Positions 18,901-26,544 of a DNA stretch of 64,000 nt are shown here, in pieces. The DNA is from Euryarchaeota archaeon UBA487 (GTDB lineage Archaea > Thermoplasmatota > Poseidoniia > Poseidoniales > Thalassarchaeaceae), in contig DAVU01000009.1 in assembly GCA_002505695.1 (NCBI GenBank), forward strand, positions 820 to 64,819, in the 5' to 3' direction. The notes beneath the pieces are model-generated. The model saw nothing but the letters and a program-made list of their open reading frames with translations, was not told the DNA's origin and ran no database searches. Every line of letters starts with the position of its first letter. The stretch's first letter is position 1. A program made the position numbers and the translations under genes.

Positions 18901-19584
18901 ACATATCCTTTCTTATTGCTTGAAACGGTACTACTCCTATCGATTTTGATGGACATGATATTGGACTTCAGAAGTCCAGCAGAGAAGGCCAGAAGTGGAA
19001 TTAGTGAGGTTGGTTTTGCTTCCTCCGTAGTACTCTTGTCATGGGGCCCAGCTGGCGTTATCGCGGTAATCAGAGGCGTTGCAAGCTCTGTACGTGGGAA
19101 CAGGGAGAAAGAGGCGGGGATCATATCCCTGCTATTGCCCATATCGTTCATGTCAATTGAACCGATGCTCCCGGCCATAACTTCGATTGGGGATGCCATT
19201 GTTGTCCTCGAACTATCGTTATTCTCAGTCATACTATTCTTGGGGGCATTCGTAAATCTAGATAGGTGGAGTGTCGTATCTGTTCAAAATACTCACATAT
19301 TGCTAGTAGCAGCGTGTTTCTTTATCTTTAATCTCAAAGTTGGGGTAGTCGCCTTGATAGTCATATCCTCCATCACATGGACACAAGGCGTCACTAGGGT
19401 TAGGAGGGGTTTGCGTATCACAGGTTTAGTTGACTTTTCAATTGCAGTAATTATCGGAACAATGGTCTGGCTATCTTCGATGAGTGGTACTTGGTTACTG
19501 ACATTGACAATCTTCCTCTCCGCCGAATTGGCAATAGTTCTGTGGCTCAGCCAGAGGAACATGGATCTGCTCGAAATTGATTGA
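15958..19584 (+). CDS. very large polytopic membrane protein (about 36 predicted TM segments), unknown function
   Basis: 1,208 aa with an ATG start. It is an almost continuous series of 18-25-aa hydrophobic segments. The only soluble parts are an acidic N-terminal region of about 75 aa and a basic loop of about 70 aa (RELRSSTEKSRRRHEVNEFKEKGDQHS...). No catalytic motif recognised. Confidence 0.75.
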   Translation: MMRKDGDAVLREKEFASEGVLELRSELNFPVIKNVHDVPERDHDEAIGTVPEVFVEDSKDVGPTSMKPVEKSERRGNWVLISVMVVAYSLMSLLIGVEFEAEVAIPILLVLSIFGLFLGERWIKDPDLNLLGVAWVIISMKILYGASLELDNWNLGGVLPLSIVGVGATLIGLVLFNIFLSYRYNSDAIAAQATLVLLAVGSTAGSVAGEDGVILMLIVSVFLLHSIAIHRSSGNLASLGIVSSNIWFGMHVITGGFDLGSLTVVGLQHPLKLFIAIASVNVANAYVATRFAKSKNWFSEALEILGVGKPGLWGVSVVLSLTGAFLTIGSLRQDISFAFAIIVLLSLCYFPSYLVVRGSPKREVFMTAGGSIIILSVATILLESEVFNTVFDSYWVFSIGGGASLFYLLAKHQGIVSDTVLWTGSIGVTSLVLVITPLDESTGYRMLFLIGALSLIHIAGGLLSIKRGSASLAGVSVLTPWLWPTIMVAIYEIMETISLRDGNNGTVGSYSLEIGADVFVFYLALSSIFGAWVCSSFKEASLNVSSGLAGTSEMSAAIKQTEVFNLWNLALWLPILTSVVLSLSGQIDGIETALVFGVISCVHSISSISGLRIPSTTLIPITVGVGGVILQWVGGDASIIIIVVGISLFLPLLIGNWNPEEDWLVMVVQSGPALTLFPAVGAGFSSTIPWLPDPVQCVVAILGASVFTGALRTGLQLKILPLSTVLIFHSTMVCVLSILDGRREIIWVSVVLFVFTSMWFVTRGEILRELRSSTEKSRRRHEVNEFKEKGDQHSVHLPVLERSRMMSGSGDIGEAYVNEVRHYPALAIVVIVIGSTALGLYSLVVGPEPLLILAIGAFLATIVALEGLRSRRIEVRVASALGSDVTHSIAVIGVCSAVVLGHLNPASSVSDILDFGMAIAIVIVLGAASLANGERGIESKRSLINWIVFPIAATRLAGFAMIGSLPAPLSVDPFDGSLISWTYPFLLLETVLLLSILMDMILDFRSPAEKARSGISEVGFASSVVLLSWGPAGVIAVIRGVASSVRGNREKEAGIISLLLPISFMSIEPMLPAITSIGDAIVVLELSLFSVILFLGAFVNLDRWSVVSVQNTHILLVAACFFIFNLKVGVVALIVISSITWTQGVTRVRRGLRITGLVDFSIAVIIGTMVWLSSMSGTWLLTLTIFLSAELAIVLWLSQRNMDLLEID

Positions 19585-19708
19585 TTAGTAATCACTTCGG
19601 GCGAATGTTGATTGCAGCGGATGTCCTCTTAGCCCTGTGACAGGCCCTTGGATCTCGGACACAGCCGAGGAAATCGAGCATCCCACGGTTCCTCTCGGGA
19701 TCAACAGA

Positions 19709-20596
19709 ATGGCCATACCAAGGGCTGCCATTCTGCTTTCTTTGTCGATGATAGCGCTCATATTCATCTCAACATTGGTTGTCGGATACAGTGCTTGGAA
19801 ATTTCTCGATATGAATCAAGACGCTTTTGATGCAACTGACAGGTCATTAATTCAGGACCCTGAATCGGAAAGGTGGTATTGGGAGGCGATTCTCCTCTAC
19901 GATACCTGCGATCCAAGACAAGACGATTGGAGTTGGCCTGAGGCTTTGTCCGAACAAGATGACCTCTTCCTTCTACCGGGAGAAGTGCGCTGTGATTGGG
20001 AGCACCAAGGAGCGGGAGATAGGGCCTCATTAGCAATACACAATCGAGGCAGTCAGCCACTCGACCTTGTCCTCGAGATTATCGGGGGCTCGATCGTATT
20101 TGGGGAGGGAGGTGAGCCGGATCTTACGATTACTGACTTAGAAGCTAATGACTCCGTAGTGCTGGAGCTTGAGTTGGTTGAGGAAGTCACTGAGCACAAT
20201 GTCCAGATTATCGTATCTCATCTTCAGGTAATGGAGGCCCAAGTGATTCTGGACTTAACCGTCTATGCGGGCGCACAGCCAAGGGACATTCACGTAGAGG
20301 ATGGAGACCAAATTGAGGTACATTACAAGGTCTGGGATGCTGACACAGATGAGCAACTGGATGAGGGCGACCTTCTTGTCACAGCGGGAGATGATCCAGC
20401 ATGGATCGAGGGATTTGGTTGGTCTGCGATAGGGTTGGATATTGACAGCGACAGAGGGCTTCTACCAGGGATAAATTCCGGAACATCTCATGTCACCCTA
20501 TTGCCACCCTCGCTAGCCTACGGGAATAGCGATAGCGAATTGAAAGATCGATGGCTTCGGTTTGAGCTTGAAATAAACCGTGGGCCGCTTACTTGA
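19709..20596 (+). CDS. membrane-anchored protein with C-terminal FKBP-like peptidyl-prolyl isomerase domain (tentative)
   Basis: ORF 19637 (GTG) trimmed to ATG 19709. The N-terminal TM is MAIPRAAILLSLSMIALIFISTLVVGY, followed by an acidic middle region. The C-terminal region of about 100 aa resembles the FKBP core (GDQIEVHYKVWD, VTLLPPSLAYGNSD, WLRFELEI). Confidence 0.4.
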   Translation: MAIPRAAILLSLSMIALIFISTLVVGYSAWKFLDMNQDAFDATDRSLIQDPESERWYWEAILLYDTCDPRQDDWSWPEALSEQDDLFLLPGEVRCDWEHQGAGDRASLAIHNRGSQPLDLVLEIIGGSIVFGEGGEPDLTITDLEANDSVVLELELVEEVTEHNVQIIVSHLQVMEAQVILDLTVYAGAQPRDIHVEDGDQIEVHYKVWDADTDEQLDEGDLLVTAGDDPAWIEGFGWSAIGLDIDSDRGLLPGINSGTSHVTLLPPSLAYGNSDSELKDRWLRFELEINRGPLT

Positions 20597-20610
20597 TACT
20601 GGGTTTCGAT

Positions 20611-21834
20611 ATGACTTCTGAAACTGGCCACAAATTAGTGGAGTCGCTTGATTTAAGCGTTGATCCGCGTGCAATGAAAAAGGAAATTCGTAGACTTGTG
20701 ACCCCAAAGTCGGTGTCCGAGTACAGAGCCAAGATATCATCCAGGGCAAATTTGCCAGAGGGGGTTATCCTGGATCCCGCGGCGGGTTCAGGCGGGCAGC
20801 TCTTGGCTTACAGCAAGTATCTAGACAGGCCCTGTGCAGCGGTTGAACTGTCCCCCCAGCGTGCTGACTTCTGCGCTTACCAATTCTCGGGAGCCACCAA
20901 CAATAGCTCGGTTATCACCATTTGTGGGGATGGGACTGACGCGCAGGGAGTCATGTGTATTGTGGAGTCCAAAACCGGACAGACATCGATTTGCATGCTA
21001 CACGTGGATCCAGCCCGACCGATGGATACTCAAAAGCACGCAGTTTCGGAAATGCAACCCTCTCTGTCGGTGCTATTAGAGTCCTGGTCAAAGTACATCC
21101 ACGTTGGACCTGATGGGCCTGCAATGGCATTGGATCTGTCCCCTAGGTTGGCCAGGCAGCAAATGTCGGAAATAGAGGGTATAGTGCTAGGTGTTTTCCC
21201 TGATACGTCCATGACATGGGAATGGCTCAGCAGGGGTGGAGGGCGAGTTGACAGGCTCTGTCTGCAAACTGGTCCATTGGCGGATATTGGCTCGGCCTCG
21301 AGGTCTGTTCGTCTATGGAATGACGGCAGTTTTTCCACATTACATGATAATGGAGAAATCCTTGATGCGTTGGACATGGGTTGGTCTGATCACAAACTAT
21401 GTTTGAGGGACCTAGTCGCATTGATCGACCCGGTTATACCAAAGTCGGGACTCAGAGGTGTGTTCGAGAAATGTGCAGGATATGCTCGTGGGGAGTTGGT
21501 TTGGATCGGGAAATCGGAAAGGAGGCCCGTAGCTCTCCTTCATGAGGAGATCCATTCAGGATCAGAGGTTCGGCCTTTCGTCGTGACCCAGGGGGTGGTG
21601 GTCGGAAGGTTGGCATCCAAGTTGGATTTGATGTCCATTGACTCTCTGGCTTCGTTGGCCATGGAGAATAATATAGCAACCATTCAGGTACGTTGTTCTT
21701 TGGAACCTCGGCTACATAAACGAATAACAGATAGACTCAAGCAGATATTGGGTCAGGTTCATGGAAGTCCAGGTTTTTTAATCGAGGACGGTGGGTCTGA
21801 GGATCTTGTTCTCTGCAAAGAATTGGAAGTTTGA
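20611..21834 (+). CDS. class I SAM-dependent methyltransferase with large C-terminal (THUMP-like?) extension
   Basis: ORF 20593 (TTG) trimmed to ATG 20611. It carries SAM motif I (VILDPAAGSGGQLLAY) and a later HVDPARP motif, as seen in TGS1/Methyltransf_15-like enzymes. The C-terminal domain call is tentative. Confidence 0.45.
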   Translation: MTSETGHKLVESLDLSVDPRAMKKEIRRLVTPKSVSEYRAKISSRANLPEGVILDPAAGSGGQLLAYSKYLDRPCAAVELSPQRADFCAYQFSGATNNSSVITICGDGTDAQGVMCIVESKTGQTSICMLHVDPARPMDTQKHAVSEMQPSLSVLLESWSKYIHVGPDGPAMALDLSPRLARQQMSEIEGIVLGVFPDTSMTWEWLSRGGGRVDRLCLQTGPLADIGSASRSVRLWNDGSFSTLHDNGEILDALDMGWSDHKLCLRDLVALIDPVIPKSGLRGVFEKCAGYARGELVWIGKSERRPVALLHEEIHSGSEVRPFVVTQGVVVGRLASKLDLMSIDSLASLAMENNIATIQVRCSLEPRLHKRITDRLKQILGQVHGSPGFLIEDGGSEDLVLCKELEV

Positions 21835-21922
21835 ACCTCCGTTCCATTCATAAATGGCGTGCAGGTCGGAGACCCGCTCGAGAGGGCCACTGGACCACCA
21901 GTGAACACGGGGGAACCGATAC

Positions 21923-22390
21923 ATGGCAAAGATAGACGAGAGCCAACTTGGAGATGACTTCTCCTACATAATCAGAATAGCAGACAGCGACATAGATGGC
22001 CTAAAACAGGTGAAACAAGGACTCACCTCGATCAAAGGCATAGGGGAACGCAGTGCCGAGCAAATCTGCAAAATCGCAGGTGTAGACCCTGGGATGCTCT
22101 CTGGTCATCTGGGGGACGAGGACCAGAGCAAACTCAGATCTGCCATAGACGAGTTCGCCACTAAGGTCCCATGGTGGATGGTGAACCGTCAGAGAGATCT
22201 CCTCACGAATGAGGATGCTCACTTGGTTTCAATGGACGTAAGACTAACCAAAGACGAAGACGTTGCACGGCTTGCCGCAACTAAAAGTTACAGAGGAATA
22301 CGACACAGATCCGGTCACAAGCTCAGAGGCCAGCGGCTAAGATCAAACGGCAGGCGTGGTGCTACACTCGGCGTTGAGAGGAAGAAGTGA
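21923..22390 (+). CDS. rps13: 30S ribosomal protein uS13
   Basis: 155 aa. It carries IIRIADSDIDGLKQVKQGLTSIKGIGERSAEQICKIAGVDP and a basic C-terminus. It is the first gene of the conserved archaeal S13-S4-S11-RpoD cluster. Confidence 0.92.
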   Translation: MAKIDESQLGDDFSYIIRIADSDIDGLKQVKQGLTSIKGIGERSAEQICKIAGVDPGMLSGHLGDEDQSKLRSAIDEFATKVPWWMVNRQRDLLTNEDAHLVSMDVRLTKDEDVARLAATKSYRGIRHRSGHKLRGQRLRSNGRRGATLGVERKK

Positions 22391-22401
22391 GGTGATCGAG
22401 A

Positions 22402-23070
22402 ATGGGACATCCTAAATTTGCACGCCCGAAGACTGACCGCCCTACTCACCCCTGGAAAGAAGCCAGGATAGAAGAGGAGCATCGATTGAAAGAACAATTC
22501 GGCCTCAAGAAAGTAGGGGGTATGAAAGAGATATGGAGGGAAAAAACAGCCCTCAGAAGACACAGGAACCAAGCCATGAAACTAATTGGTCGTGTAGATT
22601 CAACAGAGGGACACTATGCCCGCGAGAAAGAAGATCTGTTAGTTTCATTGAATAGAAAGGGCCTATTGCACGAGGATTCGACTCTCGATGACGTACTATC
22701 TATCACAGTAGAACAGATGCTCTCTAGAAGGTTGCAATCCGTTGTTTACTTCAAGGGCCTCGCTCCATCAATGCGATCAGCAAGGTCACTGATAGTCCAT
22801 GGCCACATCTCCATCGGAGATCAAAGAATGACCGTCCCTGGCTACAAAATCCTCCGCTCCGAAGAAGAAGAGCTGGGCTACTCCCCGGGTTCACCCTACA
22901 TAGATCCGCACCATGCATTCAGGAAAGAAATGGAAGAACGGCGGATGCCTGGATCTTCCCCTGACGACCAAGATCAACCCGATGCTGATGCGGAGTTCGT
23001 GGAACAGATAAAGGCCGATGCTGAAGAAGCGCCTACGATTGAAGACACCATCCCCAAGGAGGGAGAATAA
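22402..23070 (+). CDS. rps4: 30S ribosomal protein uS4 with acidic C-terminal extension
   Basis: 222 aa. It begins [19 protein letters not shown] and contains an S4 RNA-binding region, [19 protein letters not shown]. The strong SD GAGGTGATC lies upstream. The last ~45 aa are D/E/P-rich. Confidence 0.92.
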   Translation: MGHPKFARPKTDRPTHPWKEARIEEEHRLKEQFGLKKVGGMKEIWREKTALRRHRNQAMKLIGRVDSTEGHYAREKEDLLVSLNRKGLLHEDSTLDDVLSITVEQMLSRRLQSVVYFKGLAPSMRSARSLIVHGHISIGDQRMTVPGYKILRSEEEELGYSPGSPYIDPHHAFRKEMEERRMPGSSPDDQDQPDADAEFVEQIKADAEEAPTIEDTIPKEGE

Positions 23071-23450
23071 TGGGGAGGAAAGCCGTTCTACATATCTTCA
23101 CAACATACAACAACGTATTGATGACTGCTACTGACCTGACGGGAGCTGAAACCATCGGAAAGGTATCTGGGGGCATGATCACCAAGAAAGGCAGTGACAA
23201 GAGTAGTCAATTCGCTGCGATGAGATCCGCCGAGAGAATGGCTGAATTGCTGTTTGAGAAGGAATTCGACCAGGTCATCGTGAAGTATCGGGGAGCAGGT
23301 GGCAACCGATCTCCAAATGCACCTGGTGCTACGGCTGCCATCCGAGCACTAACTCGCGCCGGCGTACAGGTTTCTAGGATCGAAGATGTAACTCCAATTC
23401 CCACAGATGGAACAAAAAAGAAAGGGGGGCGGCGTGGTCGTCGAGTTTGA
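23070..23450 (+). CDS. rps11: 30S ribosomal protein uS11
   Basis: 126 aa. It carries [30 protein letters not shown] and a basic tail [11 protein letters not shown]. There is a TAATG overlap with rps4 and a GGAGG SD. Confidence 0.92.
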   Translation: MGRKAVLHIFTTYNNVLMTATDLTGAETIGKVSGGMITKKGSDKSSQFAAMRSAERMAELLFEKEFDQVIVKYRGAGGNRSPNAPGATAAIRALTRAGVQVSRIEDVTPIPTDGTKKKGGRRGRRV

Positions 23451-23459
23451 GGTGATTGT

Positions 23460-24449
23460 ATGGTATCAGTGGAAATTATTTCTCAAGAAGATGACATGAT
23501 GACTGTCCTGTTCAAGGACTCTGACAGGGCACTGTTGAATGCTGTGAGGCGAAATCTCATGGGCCACATACCCAAAATGGCAATTGACACCGTTAGGTTC
23601 CAAATGGGGACATACGATCAATGCATCAAATGTGAGCACTTGAATCCAGCAGGCGTAGCACGTAGAACAGCTGGCGGCACAGGATGCTCGAAATGTGATG
23701 CCGCTTTCGAAAAGGAAGGTGAAGACTACATCGTATGGGAAACCAACTACGCCATACCCGATGAGATGATTGCTCAAAGGCTTGCCATGATTCCGGTTCC
23801 GACCGACACAGAGGCATATTCCTTCGAGGAGAGCTGTCCAGACTGCAAAGATCTGGTTGATGAGGACAGGGGTTGCCCGACTTGTAACATGATCTACACA
23901 CTTCGGGCCTTTGGGGCCGAGGGCGGAAGGACAATCACTGCTCGTGATCTTACCTTCCTTGGTGACGATTCAGGCAACGTCCCCGAAGCTTACAGAGACA
24001 TACCGATAACCATACTGCATGAAGGACAGATGATTGAACTCTGGGCTACGGCTAGAATGGGGTATGGTGTTAACCATGCGAAGTGGTCAACAACTGCAGG
24101 CGTCACATTTGAGCCCAGGCAGATCGCTTCGATATCCAACGATAAGAGAGCGAAGATCCTTTTCGACATGGGTCTAAGAATCTCAAAGAAAGACTTCAAA
24201 GATGGCAAGCTCGAAGACATCGACAAGGTATCTGATCTCAAGAAAGATCTTCACAACGTAGGTGCAGGTACGGGCCTCTCCGATGATTTTGACGATGCGA
24301 TAACACTCGAGGACGTCAAGGGAGAATACCTGTTGAGTTTCGAGACCGATGGGTCAATGACTCCTGCCGAAGCGCTGAACTCTGCCTTCAACAGACTAGC
24401 AGAGCGCTTCAGCGCTATCAAAGAAGACATCGATCACGTCATTGCTTGA
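23460..24449 (+). CDS. rpoD: DNA-directed RNA polymerase subunit D (Rpo3)
   Basis: 329 aa. Its position after uS11 fits the conserved cluster. It carries IPDEMIAQRLAMIPV (compare DE..AHRLGLIP of subunit D/alpha-like proteins) and GVNHAKWS. Two Cys4 motifs are present, the first in an insertion. The SD GAGGTGAT lies upstream. Confidence 0.85.
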   Translation: MVSVEIISQEDDMMTVLFKDSDRALLNAVRRNLMGHIPKMAIDTVRFQMGTYDQCIKCEHLNPAGVARRTAGGTGCSKCDAAFEKEGEDYIVWETNYAIPDEMIAQRLAMIPVPTDTEAYSFEESCPDCKDLVDEDRGCPTCNMIYTLRAFGAEGGRTITARDLTFLGDDSGNVPEAYRDIPITILHEGQMIELWATARMGYGVNHAKWSTTAGVTFEPRQIASISNDKRAKILFDMGLRISKKDFKDGKLEDIDKVSDLKKDLHNVGAGTGLSDDFDDAITLEDVKGEYLLSFETDGSMTPAEALNSAFNRLAERFSAIKEDIDHVIA

Positions 24450-24480
24450 AGCACCTGTTCAATTCAAGGACTAGTTCTCG

Positions 24481-25467
24481 ATGAGCAAGGCGATGGGCAT
24501 ACCTGCCATGGGTCATGCGACCTGCGGAGGCCACGTCACGTTGTTGTTCACAGTCGAAGACAGCGAGATAGAGCCATATCTACAAGGTAGCAGAGGTGCT
24601 GGGTTGTGTCTTGATACCGGTTGCAAGGTCTCTGTGAGAGGGGTCCATGGACAATGGGGGGTAAATGTCGGCTTCAGAGGGTTTGAGGGATCGGAAGACA
24701 TCGTGAAGGGGATATTTGACGTAGTATCAGAAGACCTGCCACAGATAAGAAAGATGAAATGGGACGTAGCGGTAAACAACAATCTGCCAACCTCACAAGG
24801 TTTTGGAATGTCAGCGGCACTTGCTATTGCAGTCTCAAGGGCTATCCAAAGAGCGGTTGGTGAAGAATACGAGTTGTCCCTTCGAAGGTCCCTGCTACAT
24901 GCTCACATTGCGGAGCGGCTCAGTTCCTCTGGGCTGGGAGACGTGACAGGCATATCTGCTGGGGGAGTGGAAATTAGGACCTCGCCGGGTGCGCCATTTC
25001 ACGGAGATGGACTCCAAAAGGGCCCAGGTGTCGCATTGGGTTGGTTCCAGGACATGGAAATGACCCTAGTATGGCCAAAAGAAAAGGGACATCATACTAG
25101 TGAATACATTGACGACTTGGGCTGGAAAATGAGCATAAGCGAGTCAGGTCACGCCTCAATGTTATCTTTGGTTGACATGTGGGGACCAACTTGCTGGCCG
25201 ATGCTCCTCTCTTCTGCACGCTCATTTGTAGAGCAAAGCGGTCTTCTGACTGATGGGGGTCGGGGAGGCCTGCTGGAGGCCGTTAATTCGGTGATAGCGA
25301 AAACCGATGAACAGGCTGTTGCATCCCTCTGCCTACTCGGGAACAGCATAGTAATAACGCGCAGTGACTTGATGTCACCCGTCAATCTGGGAATCATTGA
25401 AGATGCTCTGTCAGAAACGGATTTACTATTTCGAAGAGTAAAATTGGCTAAATTATCAAGAGTTTGA
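24481..25467 (+). CDS. pantoate kinase (GHMP-family archaeal CoA-pathway kinase)
   Basis: 328 aa. It shows COG1829-like motifs as I recall them: GGHVTLLF, GSRGAGLCLDTG, the GHMP motif LPTSQGFGMSAALAIA, and GLGDVTGISAGGVEIRTSPGAP. Confidence 0.6.
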   Translation: MSKAMGIPAMGHATCGGHVTLLFTVEDSEIEPYLQGSRGAGLCLDTGCKVSVRGVHGQWGVNVGFRGFEGSEDIVKGIFDVVSEDLPQIRKMKWDVAVNNNLPTSQGFGMSAALAIAVSRAIQRAVGEEYELSLRRSLLHAHIAERLSSSGLGDVTGISAGGVEIRTSPGAPFHGDGLQKGPGVALGWFQDMEMTLVWPKEKGHHTSEYIDDLGWKMSISESGHASMLSLVDMWGPTCWPMLLSSARSFVEQSGLLTDGGRGGLLEAVNSVIAKTDEQAVASLCLLGNSIVITRSDLMSPVNLGIIEDALSETDLLFRRVKLAKLSRV

Positions 25468-26499
25468 TTCACGATTCTTTTCATGAAAGAAGTCCAATTT
25501 AGAGAGGTCCAATGGTGACGAATCAAGGAGAATAGCGCCCTTCAACCTTAATGAATTGCAAAATCCGTGTCGGTAGACAACTGCGCCATAGCCATATTCT
25601 GCAACATATCGATCGACTTGTTTTTGTGTCTTTTTCCGTGGAAATCCTAACGCAGCCCCGAAGAAATGTTTGGCATCGATCCATGCACATGGAATCCCAT
25701 TTATCCTTACATCATCAAGAAGCAGAAGATCCGGAGTAATTACAGCTCGCCCTTCGCTTTTCTTTTGTTCGACCTCCAAGTCGCCTTGCTTTCTGTAGCG
25801 CACCCCGAGCTGGGTGAAGTGCGAACACAATATTTCCTCAAAGATCTCGGCAGCGGATTGGGTTTCGCTCTGGTTAACAGAACTGACTCTATCAGCCTCT
25901 TCTGCGAGTTGAAACTGCTCGTAGTCCCTTTGTTTTAGTCTTGACTGAGGGGACTTTAGTGATTCCTTGATCTTGTTTTTTGACCATCCTCTCCCGGTCA
26001 ATATTGCCCGAAATGTATTCACAGGAGGGGCATCGAACCGCTTGGAAAGAGATAGAACGCTTTCCCCTTGATCGTATCTCCGCCTTAGCTCATTGGACCT
26101 CCTCATTAATCGGCCATGAGAAAATACGCTCTTTTCTTGATTCAATGCAGCTCTGAGGGAAAGTGCTTGTTCAAGAGTGATGTTCATCCCTTCTATCTGT
26201 GTGGCAATCTCGTCGACCCTTTCTTGCGGAAGGTAACCGAATTCTCCTTTGCGAGTGACTATTTCACTTACTTTGTCCTGAACCGATTTTGAAACCCCTT
26301 TGACCATCCAATCCAACTCTATCTTCGTCGGGGGTGGTTCGATAGTTTCTGGTATCCCTGTGGGAAGAGGAGATGCACTGAATCTATCCAAAGCCCTCCG
26401 TATGGCCTCAGTGTCCTCTCGAGTTGAGTTTCTTCCTCTACTCGGGGTTTTCTGAGCTCGGTCTTTTTTTTCTGAAGAACCTTTCTCACGTATTGTCAA
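25456..26499 (-). CDS. CDIN1/C15orf41-like TPD-motif PD-(D/E)XK nuclease-fold protein with basic N-terminal extension
   Basis: 347 aa. The C-terminal ~200 aa align by eye with human CDIN1: RYDQGESVLSLSKRFDAPPVNTFRAIL, ITPDLLLLDDVRINGIPCAWIDAKHFFG (compare [27 protein letters not shown]) and GYGAVVYRHGFCNSLRLKGAILLD. The start is uncertain: TTG 26499, with the next ATG at 26307. Confidence 0.6.
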   Translation of the reverse strand: MTIREKGSSEKKDRAQKTPSRGRNSTREDTEAIRRALDRFSASPLPTGIPETIEPPPTKIELDWMVKGVSKSVQDKVSEIVTRKGEFGYLPQERVDEIATQIEGMNITLEQALSLRAALNQEKSVFSHGRLMRRSNELRRRYDQGESVLSLSKRFDAPPVNTFRAILTGRGWSKNKIKESLKSPQSRLKQRDYEQFQLAEEADRVSSVNQSETQSAAEIFEEILCSHFTQLGVRYRKQGDLEVEQKKSEGRAVITPDLLLLDDVRINGIPCAWIDAKHFFGAALGFPRKKTQKQVDRYVAEYGYGAVVYRHGFCNSLRLKGAILLDSSPLDLSKLDFFHEKNRESNS

Positions 26500-26544
26500 C
26501 GACTACCCGTGCAGGGCATACTCCATGAACCCAACGTATGAATT

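Noticed and set aside
16644-19595. Long antisense ORFs inside the 36-TM gene (17520..18317 at 265 aa, 18660..19232 at 190 aa, 19293..19595).
   Set aside because: The sense frame gives a continuous, regular TM-helix pattern over 1,208 aa. The antisense translations are low-complexity (Pro/Thr/Ser/Arg-rich), as expected opposite hydrophobic codons.
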